Shown piece after piece: positions 26,100-39,047 of a stretch of 64,000 nucleotides of DNA. Source of the stretch: Flectonema sp. DT1601 (taxonomy: Eukaryota). Below the pieces are notes generated by a model. The model was not told the DNA's origin and ran no database searches. It worked only from the letters and a program-made list of their open reading frames with translations. The position numbers were made by a program, and so were the translations under genes. Numbering within the stretch: position 1 is the first letter of the stretch; each line of letters opens with the position of its first letter. The stretch spans positions 372,001 through 436,000 of the forward strand of contig OZ025790.1 of NCBI GenBank assembly GCA_964019425.1. Reading direction: 5' to 3'.

Positions 26100-26497
26100 C
26101 TTTTATTCATTTTTTAAAAGAAAAAACAATCAGTTTAGCGTCTTGACCAGGACGGAAAATAGAAATTAGTCGACAAAGTCGATCGATAAGAAACAATGAT
26201 AACATTGTTTATTCATTTTTTTTTTTTTTTTTTTAATCTTTTTATTTATTTTTTAAAGAAAAAAATAATCAGTTTAGCTTCTTGACCAGGACGGAAAATA
26301 GAAATTAGTCGACAAAGTCGATCGATAAGAAACAATGATAACATTGTTTATTCTTTTTTTTTTTTTTTTTTATATTCTTTTTATTTATTTAAAAAAAAAA
26401 AAAAAAAAAACAATCAGTTTAGCATCTTGACCAGGACGGAAAATAGAAAGTAATCGACATAGTCGATCGATAAAAAAAACAATGATAACATTGTTTA

Positions 26498-26528
<31 letters not shown>

Positions 26529-26660
26529 TTCTTTTTATTTATTTTTAGAAAAAAACAATCAGTTTAGCGTCTTGACCAGGACGGAAAACTGGAAGTAATC
26601 GACATAGTCGATCGATAAAAAAAACAATGATAACATTGTTTCATCTTTTATATTTTTTAA
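24452..26660. repeat. Partial cap plus satellite array, interrupted by a MITE
   Basis: Collinear with ~3990-6860. Confidence 0.85.
25188..25949. mobile_element. ~760-bp non-autonomous TIR element with CATAG termini
   Basis: CATAGATGGAAGTGCCCT ... AGGGCACTTCCATCTATG, flanked by duplicated ATTCTT inside a satellite monomer; second copy at 38010-38748. Confidence 0.9.
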
Positions 26661-27361
26661 TTTTTTTTTTATATTTGAAGAAAAGAAAGAAGAAAAAAAA
26701 AAAAAAACAAGCGGAATTGATCATAATGGGTGGCAGGGGTTGATATAACTTCATTTGAAAATTCTTCTTTTTTAATTTCTTTTTTTTTGAAATTTTTTTT
26801 TTTTTTATTTAACAGGAGTTAAGATCACTTACATGAGTTAACACAACACAGATACGAGAGTAGCAAACTGAGGTAACACTACCAATTCAACAAAAAATAA
26901 TCAGGATCGGACACAAGGAGGAGAGTTCATTCTACCTCTCACTGTCCTTGCTGGTATCTTAAGTGTCTTGGTATCTCTTTTGTGTCGGTATCTCGGAAGT
27001 GCTGGTATCTCGTATGTGTGTTGGTATCTCTTGCGTGTTGGTATCTCTTGCACATAAGAAAAAATATTGAGTTAACATGATCAGTTTTATTTAAAAATTA
27101 AAGACAGACCGGAACTATTTGAAAATAAAATGTAGATGGGAAACAGTGAAAATTAAAATGAATGATAAAATTAAATGAGATTTAAGACATAACAGACCAG
27201 ATAGAGAGTAATAAAGGGAAAAGGAAAACGGAAAGGGTTCATTCACTTAGTTAAAGTTAAGACCGATTAGTCAGTTTAAGGTCTTGACTAGGACCAACAA
27301 AAAAAAAAAATAAATAAATAAATAAATAAATAAATAACGATCAAGCTGAGCTGATCTTGTT

Positions 27362-28482
27362 AATAAACAATATTATCATTGTTTTTATCGATCGACTTTG
27401 TCGACTAATTTCTATTTTCCGTCCTGGTCAAGATGCTAAACTGATTGTTTTCTAAAAATAAATAAAAAGAATAAAAAAAAAAAAAAAAAAGGGAATAAAC
27501 AATGTTATCATTGTTTTTTTTTATCGTTCGACTTTGTCGACTAATTTCTATTTTCCGTTTCTTTTTCTTTAAAGAATAAATAAAAAGAATTTAAAATAAA
27601 AAAAAAGAATAAACAATGTTATCATTGTTTTTTTATCGATCGACTATGTCGATTACTTTCTATTTTCCGTCCTGGTCAAGACGCTAAACTGATTGTTTTT
27701 TTTTTCAAAATTAATAAAAAAGAATATAAAAAAAAAAAAAAAAAAAAAGAATAAACAATGTTATCATTGTTTTTTTTTATTGTTCGACTTTGTTGACTAA
27801 TTTCTATTTTCCGTTTTTTTTCTTTAAAAAATAAATAAAAAGAATTTAAAATAAAAAAAAAGAATAAACAATGTTATCATTGCTTTTTTTTTATCGTTCG
27901 ACTTTGTCGACTAATTTCTATTTTCCGTTTCTTTTCTTTAAAGAATAAATAAAAAGAATTTAAAATAAAAAAAAAGAATAAACAATGTTATCATTGTTTT
28001 TTTATCGATCGACTATGTCGATCACTTTCTATTTTCCGTCCTGGTCAAGACGCTAAACTGATTGTTTTTTTTCAAAATTAATAAAAAAGAATATAAAAAA
28101 AAAAAAAAAAAAAGAATAAACAATGTTATCATTGTTTTTTTTTTATCGTTCGACTTTGTCGACTAATTTCTATTTTCCGTTTCTTTTCTTTAAAGAATAA
28201 ATAAAAAGAATTTAAAATAAAAAAAAAGAATAAACAATGTTATCATTGTTTTTTTATCGATCGACTATGTCGATCACTTTCTATTTTCCGTCCTGGTCAA
28301 GACGCTAAACTGATTGTTTTTTTTTCAAAATTAATAAAAAAGAATATAAAAAAAAAAAAAAAAAAGAATAAACAATGTTATCATTGTTTTTTATCGATCG
28401 ACTATGTCGATCACTTTCTATTTTCCGTCCTGGTCAAGACGCTAAACTGATTGTTTTTTTTTTCAAAATTAATAAAAAAGAA

Positions 28483-28513
<31 letters not shown>

Positions 28514-30149
28514 GAATAAACAATGTTATCATTGTTTTTTTTATTGTTCGACTTTGTTGACTAATTTCTATTTTCCGTTTTTTTTCTTTAAAAAATAAAT
28601 AAAAAGAATTTAAAATAAAAAAAAAAAAAAAACAATGTTATCATTGTTTTTTTTTATCGTTCGACTTTGTCGACTAATTTCTATTTTCCGTTTCTTTTCT
28701 TTAAAGAATAAATAAAAAGAATTTAAAATAAAAAAAAAGAATAAACAATGTTATCATTGTTTTTTTTATCGTTCGACTTTGTTGACTAATTTCTATTTTC
28801 CGTTTTTTTTTTCTTTAAAAAATAAATAAAAAGAATTTTAAAAAAAAAAAAAAAAAAAAAAAAGAATAAACAATGTTATCATTGTTTTTTTATCGATCGA
28901 CTATGTCGATCACTTTCTATTTTCCGTCCTGGTCAAGACGCTAAACTGATTGTTTTTTTTCTTCAAAATTAATAAAAAAGAATATAAAAAAATACAAAAA
29001 AAAGAATAAACAATGTTATCATTGTTTTTTTTATCGTTCGACTTTGTTGACTAATTTCTATTTTCCGTTTTTTTTTTCTTTAAAAAATAAATAAAAAGAA
29101 TTTTAAAAAAAAAAAAAAAAAAAAAAAGAATAAACAATGTTATCATTGTTTTTTTATCGATCGACTATGTCGATCACTTTCTATTTTCCGTCCTGGTCAA
29201 GACGCTAAACTGATTGTTTTTTTTTCAAAATAAAAAAAAATATTAAAAAAAAAAATAAAAAAAAAGAATAAACAATGTTATCATTGTTTTTTTTTATCGT
29301 TCGACTTTGTTGACTAATTTCTATTTTCCGTTTTTTTTTCTTTAAAAAATAAATAAAAAGAATTTAAAAAAAAAAAAAAAAAAAAGAATAAACAATGTTA
29401 TCATTGTTTTTTTTATCGATCGACTATGTCGATTACTTTCTATTTTCCGTCCTGGTCAAGACGCTAAACTGATTGTTTTTTTTTTCAAAATTAATAAAAA
29501 AGAATATAAAAAAATACAAAAAAAAGAATAAACAATGTTATCATTGTTTTTTTTTATCGTTCGACTTTGTCGACTAATTTCTATTTTCCGTTTTTTTTCT
29601 TTAAAAAATAAATAAAAAGAATTTAAAATAAAAAAAAAAAGAATAAACAATGTTATCATTGTTTTTTTTATCGATCGACTATGTCGATTACTTTCTATTT
29701 TCCGTCCTGGTCAAGACGCTAAACTGATTGTTTTTTTTTCAAAATTAATAAAAAAGAATATAAAAAAAATAAAAAAAAAAAAGAATAAACAATGTTATCA
29801 TTGTTTTTTTTTATCGTTCGACTTTGTTGACTAATTTCTATTTTCCATTTTTTTTCTTTTTAAAAATAAATAAAAAGAATTAAAATAAAAAAAAAAAAAA
29901 GAATAAACAATGTTATCATTGTTTTTTTATCGATCGACTATGTCGATTACTTTCTATTTTCCGTCCTGGTCAGGACGCTAAACTGATTGTTTTTTCTTTA
30001 AAAATAAATAAAGAGAATAAAAAAAAAAAAAAAAAGGAATAAACAATGTTATCATTGTTTTTTTTTTATCGATCGACTATGTCGATTACTTACTATTTTC
30101 CGTCCTGGTCAAGACGCTAAACTGATTGTTTTTTCTTTAAAATAATTAA
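27362..30149. repeat. Satellite array with alternating long and short monomers
   Basis: Monomers with and without the CCTGGTCAAGACGCTAAACTGATT block mostly alternate; the array resumes after 31775. Confidence 0.95.
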
Positions 30150-31775
30150 CCCTCTAATAAGAGGCCAAAAACCCTGTTTTTGAGAAAAATCGAAAAATTT
30201 GACATAGGGGAAAAGGGGTGTGGGGAAAAATACAAAAAAATTACAGGGTGAAAGACACCCCCCCGCGCATTGAAAAAAAACTGAGGTCAGCCCACAAGGG
30301 GGCCAAAATAACTTGAGAAATGCAACAACAGCCTAAAAAAACGCTGTTGCTTAGGACCCCTGGGTTCGCTTTGATTTTAGCAATGTTGTAGGAGTAGAGT
30401 GCTTCCGTTTCATGTTTTTCGGTGGGATATGATTGTGTGGGGCAAAGGTATCTTTTTTTGAGAACAAATCCGTGAACTGCAGTCCCCAAAAATATCAAAT
30501 TTTCGTAGGTAGTGACATTTTGTGTGAGTTTGGTGTGTTCCATGACCAATAAGTTGAGAACATGGCCTTTTTTTGAACTGAGCATATGTCCCGACGTCTT
30601 TTTCAGACTTCTTTTGGAGGGTGAAAACATTGAAGATAGAAATCTCTAACAAGTAGTGAAAGACTTTCAGGGTCCAGCGTTTTGTCATCAGAGTTCTTCT
30701 TGCCTTCCCCCTGATACCGTCTACGAGGTCAACACCACCCATCAGTTTGTTGTACTGATGGATCTGTACCGGTAAGTCGATGGTCACTTTTTGATGGATT
30801 TCCTTATTTTAGTCCATCACGTGGCTGTCTCATAATTCTCCTCGAGAGGCAATGTGCTGAAGACATGTACTTCTTTTGGATTGCCCCTGAATATATGTGA
30901 TGCACATTGTGCATTATGTGATGCACATTGTGCTAGGACTGAAAGTACGAGGCAGAGAACTTCTCCACCCGTCCCTGCGCCTCCGCCTTATTGATCTCGG
31001 ACCATTTGGGAACTATTGTTTCCCAAAAGCTGTGGATTTTGTAGAGCTTGTCAGCAGGTACGGGGTTGGTGACAGTGTAAAACTTTAGATTGGTTCGAAT
31101 TTAGAGGAACCGATCTCAGGAAGCGAAGTGGGGTGTGTACGCTGGGTCTGATGTACCGTTCCTGTAATCTGAGATATTTGGTTTATCACAGAGACCCACG
31201 AGGATATTGAGTCCTAAAGAGAGTTTGAGTTCAGCTACGTTAAGATTGAGTGCCTAGTTGTTGCTGCAGTGCGAAATCATCTCGTCACCTTTGGGGTGAA
31301 CACAAGTTCAAATTTCTGCAGTTCCTTCATCAATTTCAGGTCTGACATGTCCTGCAAGGACCGCCGAAACGTGTGTCGTTTTACCTTGGTGATTTTCTTG
31401 CTCCATTTCAGAGGGGAAATGCTTGGCTCTATTGTACTCTTTTCATCGCTCGAAGAAGACTCAGGAGCACCCAAATCTGGGATAGGTGACCCTACTGAAT
31501 CATTTTCGATGGAAATAGTTTTAGGGATTTTAATTTTTGGCTGAAAACATGGGATAGTCATGGGCAACCTGGCTAAGACTGTTCCCAGTGCAGAAAAAAA
31601 AAAATGAACTTTTTCTCAGAAAAAGCTGGTGATTTTTGCAGCACGATCCCACATAAAATTTGTCGTTTTTGGGCAGCTCTGGCTCCACCCTTGTACTCAC
31701 AAGGTACATTTTTCCCCTTTGTCAAAAAAAAAAAAACGCGAAAGGCCACTATAGTGGCCTTCAGGGCTTAAAGGG
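30150..31775 (-). mobile_element. Internally deleted piggyBac element
   Basis: TTAA|CCCT ... AGGG|TTAA. The flanks rebuild a satellite monomer (AATAATTAAAA..GATTT), and a transposase fragment lies inside. Confidence 0.9.
30410..30830 (-). pseudogene. piggyBac transposase C-terminal remnant
   Basis: YNKLMGGVDLVD matches the piggyBac YNxxMGGVDxxD motif, followed by RWTLKVFHYLLEISIFN. The upstream frame is broken. Confidence 0.85.
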
Positions 31776-31782
31776 TTAAAAA

Positions 31783-31815
<33 letters not shown>

Positions 31816-32082
31816 AATAAACAATGTTATCATTGTTTTTTTTTCTATCGATCAACTATGTCGATTAATTTCTATTTTCCGTCCTGATCGAGACGCTAAA
31901 CTGATTGTTTCCTTTTTTTAAATAATAAATAAGAAAAAAAAAAAAAAAAAAAAAAAGAGCATCTCCCTGCTATCCCTCATATCCCCACAATAATATTATA
32001 CCTTTTCATTTTCTCTTTCCTTTTCTGGTCTTTTTTTTTTTCTTTTTTTTCCTTTTTCATACAACGTTTTTTATTTATATAT

Positions 32083-35074
32083 CAGTCATTCCTTTTTTTT
32101 GCGAACAAATTCTGGACAATGAAAAATTTTTTCAAAAAAAAATGGTAAAAATTTCGATCGAAGCGGCATTTTAATGCGCTGCATCGTTGGGTTCATTTCC
32201 GTCCGAAATCGGGAGGTTGGCATCACATACTTGTCACCTGAATCGAGAAAAGAGATTTTGTGGTCTACTAAATCAGCTCAGCCGTGGACAAGTACCAAAA
32301 CTAAAAATTAATCGAAGGGTCTAATTTTACACTGCTGGCCCAGCGGGATCCAGAGAAAAAATAATCGAGCAAAAATATATTAAAGAGTACTAAGCATGTG
32401 CCGGTGAGCCAGATTGTTACTACCAGTTTTTTTGGACCTACTTTGATACTTAATGAAAACCCTCGTACAACACTTTTTTTATATGAAGTCACAACTTATG
32501 ATGAATTATGAGCTATCTGAGCCACATGAAGTGATATCATCATCATCATCATCATAGCTAGTGCTGATGGAAGACTTCTCATACTCGGAAGAAGTGCTGT
32601 CTGACTCCTCAGTAGTGCTATCTGACCCCTCGGAGGTACTACTTGGCGGGTGAGATGTGACTATTTTATATCCAACAGATCCCTGTATTTGCTCACAAAG
32701 ATCGTAGTCACCTGTGATGCAGAGGGTACAAAAGCATGAAACGGCGCGATATCCCATTGTAAAGTCTTGTACTTCATTTTGATAACCCCTCACTAGTGAG
32801 CGGAAGGAGAAGAAGTTACTACGGATACCGGTCAAGATTATCTCTCCGTGTCTAGGGGATATGTCGGTAATGTCAGGTAGGAAATTAAATACTCGCTCCG
32901 AGATGGGTTTGGAGGAATCAGTGATAGTCATCTTAGTGCGGGCAACTTCAAAAAGAGATTTCGCATCACTTATTTCACCTGTCAAATTGTAGCGATGTAC
33001 AGAGCGACCAATGTCAAGAGCAAACCTCTTCAATTGGTAGCCCTCAGAATCCCATGGTCCCTTACCATGTCCTGTAGGAAAGCAGTCCCATGTTACATCT
33101 ATATCTATTGCTGCCATCCAGCCAAGCATGTATTTAACTTTGAAGTGATTTCCTCCATCGCTAAAAATGTGGAAGTGAGCAAAATCATCCTGCAGCGTAT
33201 CCAGCAAGTGTGACAGAGCCTTGCAGACAGCTGGAAAAGTCTGAGTGAGATTGTTTGATATATAATAGTGGGTAGTGTATTGAATTATCCAACCAGGGTG
33301 CTTTTCAGTTGAAATCTTTTTTCCAACAAGGAATACCAGAATTGAGCTCTTCTTCTTCTGATAGTTGTCCTGCTGAAGTTGCTCAATTGGGCTGTGGACA
33401 AACTTCGCAGAGTAATCGACGAAGATGACGCAGTGCCCTGCAGGTAGGTTCTCTAGGAGCTGTCTACGGGCAGTATCGCAGCATTTGTTGGCATACTGAT
33501 GTTTGGTGAATACAAGTACTTCCTTCTTGAAAGCGAGCAAGAAGTTACAAAGGGGAAGTGTTTTCTCAACTGACTTGAGCAACTTGACAGCACCCTCCGT
33601 AACATTTTGAAAATCCAAGAATGTCACCTCTTCACGCAAGTCCGCAGCAGATAGATTGTTGGGAAACAGGGTTTCCAACTTATTGCATGTCTTGCATATA
33701 CCGAAAGCACACAAGTAGGATTCCTGACATAATACGAATTCTGTCAGTTGCTTCAAGCCTTTCAACTTTGGAATGCCGTTGAGTCTGATCTTCTGATGAG
33801 CCTGAAGCTTCCTGTAGCATGCGAGATGCCACCTACAGTGGCAACGAGTTGAGCTTGGTATCCTACAAATATTCCGTGGTCTCAATGACATGAAATATGA
33901 GTGGGATACCTCACCGCGATATTTGCAGTACTCACTCCAAGCATGTTGATACGGGTGTCTGCACCACCTCCTAAAGACTTTAATACTTTCCCCGTCTCTT
34001 ATTATCCAGCGTTCTTTGCGTGACTCGTCTGGTTCTGATGCTTCGGATATCCACCATTCGGTGATATTCTGAGCGAGGCTCCGGTTTCCTGATTTCCACG
34101 ATGGTGTAGTTGGTGACAGTATTCGATGTAGCTGACTTCGGATTTTATTTAATCGAAACAGTCTTTCAATATCACTCTTACTGTGGCGTTCTAACATTGC
34201 TTCGAGAATGGGTAACCTGTTGCTAGCAGGCAGATCATTGATACTGCTGATGAGTGAGTCTTGCAGTTCTTCCATAGTCAGGGAAGTGTGATTGCAAGTT
34301 TGCTGCTTAACCCTTTTTACTGGTGTTGATGGAGAGTCCCTCTTGCACTTTGTGGCATTTCGCAAGTGCGAATAACATGAAGTGCAAATACAGTTTTCAG
34401 GGGCATACATAGGTACACCCAGAATAACCCGACCATCATCCGAAACAGGGCGTAGCGACTTAACGCGTCTTGTCTTCCGAGTCTGCCGTTTGCAATCGTA
34501 ATTCAACGATGCACAATCTCTGCTGTTGACATCCCTTCTAAAACCCCAGGTCATTCCTATCTCTTTCACACATGGATTGCAGACACATGACTCAGAAGTA
34601 ACATTCTCAGCACGTTGAATCAATGTTTTGACAACTACTTCAGGGAAGCTTCCAACAAGTGGGCCATTATCACCACCACAGATGCAACATTTTCCTGACA
34701 TAATTGCTACTAAGAAGAACTGGGTCGATTAGTAAGTAAAAAATGCAACTCTCTTGAGGGTGGGGAAAAAAAAAAAAAAAAAGTAAAAAAAAAAAATTAG
34801 GGGTGTTTTTTACTCAGATTTTCTCGATCTTTCCATTCCAGGTCTGGGATTAATATTTATCATTGAGTAGTACCAAGGAAATCTTGTAAAGAGACGTTTA
34901 TCTCTTTTTAGCAGCACTTACCATGTTTAAAAGTATATCCCTATGCCTAATTTTACAGATCGCACCCTCCCCGATTTCAAAAAATAAAAAATCGAGCAAA
35001 AGTAACATATCGTGTACCCTTGCTCAGGCGGTGAGAAAATGGTGTTTTTTGTACGCAAAAAAAAGGAATGACTG
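32083..35074 (-). mobile_element. 2992-bp TIR DNA transposon, Sola-like, apparently autonomous
   Basis: 27-bp TIRs CAGTCATTCCTTTTTTTTGCG(A/T)ACAAA with one mismatch, ATAT flanks and a single long ORF; it splits a family B cap. Confidence 0.85.
32506..34701 (-). CDS. DDD transposase (Sola2-like motifs), 731 aa
   Basis: VIFVDYSAKF, HIFSDGGNHFK and FPTGHGKGPWD motifs, a Cys-rich N-terminus and location between TIRs. Superfamily assigned from remembered motifs. Confidence 0.8.
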   Translation of the reverse strand: MSGKCCICGGDNGPLVGSFPEVVVKTLIQRAENVTSESCVCNPCVKEIGMTWGFRRDVNSRDCASLNYDCKRQTRKTRRVKSLRPVSDDGRVILGVPMYAPENCICTSCYSHLRNATKCKRDSPSTPVKRVKQQTCNHTSLTMEELQDSLISSINDLPASNRLPILEAMLERHSKSDIERLFRLNKIRSQLHRILSPTTPSWKSGNRSLAQNITEWWISEASEPDESRKERWIIRDGESIKVFRRWCRHPYQHAWSEYCKYRGEVSHSYFMSLRPRNICRIPSSTRCHCRWHLACYRKLQAHQKIRLNGIPKLKGLKQLTEFVLCQESYLCAFGICKTCNKLETLFPNNLSAADLREEVTFLDFQNVTEGAVKLLKSVEKTLPLCNFLLAFKKEVLVFTKHQYANKCCDTARRQLLENLPAGHCVIFVDYSAKFVHSPIEQLQQDNYQKKKSSILVFLVGKKISTEKHPGWIIQYTTHYYISNNLTQTFPAVCKALSHLLDTLQDDFAHFHIFSDGGNHFKVKYMLGWMAAIDIDVTWDCFPTGHGKGPWDSEGYQLKRFALDIGRSVHRYNLTGEISDAKSLFEVARTKMTITDSSKPISERVFNFLPDITDISPRHGEIILTGIRSNFFSFRSLVRGYQNEVQDFTMGYRAVSCFCTLCITGDYDLCEQIQGSVGYKIVTSHPPSSTSEGSDSTTEESDSTSSEYEKSSISTSYDDDDDDITSCGSDSS

Positions 35075-35137
35075 ATATATATTTTTTTTTTTTTTTTTTT
35101 TTCATGTTTGATTATTTCCTCTTCATTTTTTTTTTTC

Positions 35138-35170
<33 letters not shown>

Positions 35171-35378
35171 TTCTCTGCCTCTCTCTTAATTCTGTTCGTT
35201 TCTTTGAAACGAAAATTCATTTGAATATTATTCCTTGGTCAGCAACCATCATTGTCGCCCTTTGGGCCTGTTAAAAAAAATAAAAATAAATTTCGATAAA
35301 GTGGGAAGAAAGTTTACATCGGGAATAGGGCAGGAGCCAAAAGCTCCCAGTCCGTTACTTCCCACTTTATCGAAATTC

Positions 35379-36034
35379 ATTGTTTTTTCTTTAAAAAATA
35401 AATAAAAAGTTAAAAAAAAAAAAAAAAAGGAATAAACAATGTTATCATTGTTTTTTTATCGATCGACTATGTCGATTACTTTCTATTTTCCGTCCTGGTC
35501 AAGACGCTAAACTGATTGTTTTTTCTTTAAAATAATTAAAAGGATTTAAAAAAAAAAAAAAAAAAAAAAGAATAAACAATGTTATCATTGTTTTTTTTTC
35601 TATCGATCGACTATGTCGATTAATTTCTATTTTCCGTCCTGATCGAGACGCTAAACTGATTGTTTCCTTTTTTTTAAATAATAAATAAAAAAAAAAAAAA
35701 ATAAAAAAATAAAAAAAAAGAGCATCTCCCTGCTATCCCTCATATCCCCACAATAATATTATACCTTTTCATTTTCTCTTTCCTTTTCTGGTCTTTTTTT
35801 TTTTTTTTTTTTTTTTTTTTCCTTTTTCATACAACGTTTTTTGAATTCGATAGAGTGGGAAGTAACGGACTGGGAGCTTTTGGCTCCTGCCCTATTCCCG
35901 ATGTAAACTTTCTTTTTATTTTTTATTTTTTTTTAACAGGCCCAGAGGGCGACAATGACTGTTGCTGACCAAGGAATACTATTCAAATGAATTTTCGTTT
36001 CAAAGAAACGAACAGAATTAAGAGAGAGGCAGAG

Positions 36035-36065
<31 letters not shown>

Positions 36066-36240
36066 AGAAATATGAAGAGGAAATAATCAAACATGAAAAA
36101 AATAAAAAAAAAATAAAATATAAATAAAAAACGTTGTATGAAAAAGGAAAAAAAAGAAAAAAAAGAAAAAAGACCAGAAAAGGAAAGAGAAAATGAAAAG
36201 GTATAATATTATTGTGGGGATATGAGGATAGCAGGGAGAT

Positions 36241-36271
<31 letters not shown>

Positions 36272-36646
36272 TTTATTATTTAAAAAAAGGAAACAATCAG
36301 TTTAGCGTCTCGATCGGGACGGAAAATAGAAATTAATCGACATAGTCGATCGATAGAAAAAAAAACAATGATAACATTGTTTATTCTTTTTTTTTTTTTT
36401 TTTTTAAATTCTTATTATTTATTTTTTAAAGAAAAAAAAACGGAAAATAAAAATTAGTCGACAAAGTCGAACGATAAAAAAAAACAATGATAACATTGTT
36501 TATTCTTTTTTTTTTGTTTTTTTTTTATATTCTTTTTTATTAATTTTGAAAAAAAAAACAATCAGTTTAGCGTCCTGACCAGGACGAAAAATAGAAAGTG
36601 ATCGACATAGTCGATCGATAAAAAAACAATGATAACATTGTTTATT

Positions 36647-36678
<32 letters not shown>

Positions 36679-38000
36679 CCTTCTTATTATTTTTTAAAGA
36701 AAAAACAATCAGTTTAGCGTCTTGACCAGGACGGAAAATAGAAAGTAATCGACATAGTCGATCGATAAAAAAACAATGATAACATTGTTTAATCTTTTTT
36801 TTTTTAAATTCTTTTTATTTATTTTTTAAAGAAAAAAAAAAAGGAAAATAGAAATTAGTCGACAAAGTCGAACGATAAAAAAACAATGATAACATTGTTT
36901 ATTCTTTTTTTTTTATTTTTTTTATATTTTTTTTTAATTAATTTTGAAAAAAAAACAATCAGTTTAGCGTCTTGACCAGGACGGAAAATAGAAAGCGATC
37001 GACATAGTCGATCGATAAGAAAACAATGATAACATTGTTTATTCTTTTTTTTTATTTTAAATTCTTTTTATTTATTTTTTAAAGAAAAAAACGGAAAATA
37101 GAAATTAGTCGACAAAGTCGAACGATAAAAAAAAACAATGATAACATTGTTTATTCTTTTTTTTGTATTTTTTTTATATTCTTTTTTATTAATTTTGAAA
37201 AAAAAAAAACAATCAGTTTAGCGTCTTGACCAGGACGGAAAATAGAAAGTGATCGACATAGTCGATCGATAAAAAAAACAATGATAATATTGTTTATTCT
37301 TTTTTTTTTTTTTTTTTTTAAATTCTTTTTATTTATTTTTTAAAGAAAAAAAATGGAAAATAGAAAATAGTCAACAAAGTCGAACGATAAAAAAAACAAT
37401 GATAACATTGTTTATTCTATTTTTTTATTTTTATTTTTTTTCTATTCTTTTTTATTAATTTTGAAAAAAAAAACAATCAGTTTAGCGTCTTGACCAGGAC
37501 GGAAAATAGAAAGTAATCGACATAGTCGATCGATAAAAAAAACAATGATAACATTGTTTATTCTTTTTTTTTTTTTAAATTCTTTTTATTTATTTTTTAA
37601 AAAGAAAAAAAACGGAAAATAGAAATTAGTCAACAAAGTCGAACGATAAAAAAAAAACAATGATAACATTGTTTATTCTTTTTTTTTTTTTTTTTTTATA
37701 TTCTTTTTTATTAATTTTGAAAAAAAAAACAATCAGTTTAGCGTCTTGACCAGGACGGAAAATAGAAAGTAATCGACATAGTCGATCGATAAAAAAACAA
37801 TGATAACATTGTTTAATCTTTTTTTTTTTAAATTCTTTTTATTTATTTTTTAAAGAAAAAAAAACGGAAAATAGAAATTAGTCGACAAAGTCGAACGATA
37901 AAAAAACAATGATAACATTGTTTATTCTTTTTTTTTATTTTTTTTTTTTATATTTTTTTTTTAATTAATTTTGAAAAAAAAACAATCAGTTTAGCGTCTT
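35379..38000. repeat. Divergently oriented satellite arrays separated by back-to-back cap modules
   Basis: A-rich array at 35379-35700, caps at ~35700-36270, T-rich array at ~36271-38000. Confidence 0.9.
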
Positions 38001-38009
38001 TATATATAT

Positions 38010-38748
38010 CATAGATGGAAGTGCCCTACAATTTGGAGGGCGTGTAGGGCGCTTGTAGGGCGCTTTTAATATAAATATTATTTTGGAGGGCGCTTTTTTT
38101 TACTTTTTTTATTACTATAAGACAGCTAAGTTGACGGGGACTTACACTGACGCACAAGTATTTTGACGCAGAAGCCAAAATTTTTTTTTTTGACATGCTT
38201 GGCAGTCTTTCGGGAAAAAAAAAGGGTGTCAAGGGGTTCGAACCTGAGACCTCCAGGTCATGGTTCGGAGGTGAACAATGGCAAAAACAATGGGCCACTC
38301 CTTGAGAGCTTCCGAGCCTGCTGCAATCCCTGAAGCTGAAACTCATTTCAGTGGACGATGCATCCCAGATCTACAAGGAGCTGATTAGCCCGCAGAATGC
38401 ACCGAGTCGAATATAAGGGATTCGAGGAGGGAGAGTGCGTTCTTGCTAACCTGTTAATAGGCCGGTCTTCACGGTACCGTGTGAGAAAAAAAAGAAGTTT
38501 ACTGGTGTAAACTGATATCCCAGAGACGCATTTGATCGGGCGAACCGGAGAAAAGTCAAATAAGATGCGATTCGACCTCGCTGAGGGCAGGGGTGTGTCA
38601 AAATGAGCTCGGCATTATATTAAATTTAATTAAAAAAGCGCCCTACGCGCCCTCCAGCGCCCTATTTTGGCCCTACAATGGCCCTACAAATTTTTGTGGC
38701 TGATTTTCACCAGGCGCCCTCCAAATTTGGAGGGCACTTCCATCTATG
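38010..38748. mobile_element. Second copy of the CATAG TIR element (739 bp)
   Basis: Same TIRs and interior as 25188-25949, flanked by ATATAT. Confidence 0.9.
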
Positions 38749-39047
38749 ATATATATATATATTTTTTTTTTTTTTTTCATGTTTGATTATTTCCTCTTCA
38801 TATTTTTTTTTTTCTTTTTTCTTTTCTTTCTTTTCTTTCTTTTTTTTCTTTTTTTCTCTGCCTCTCTCTTAATTCTGTTCGTTTCTTTGAAACGAAAATT
38901 CATTTGAATATTATTCCTTGGTCAGCAACCATCATTGTCGCCCTTTGGGCCTGTTAAAAAAAATAAAAAATAAAAAGAAAGTTTACATCGGGAATAGGGC
39001 AGGAGCCAAAAGCTCCCAGTCCGTTACTTCCCACTTTATCGAAATTC

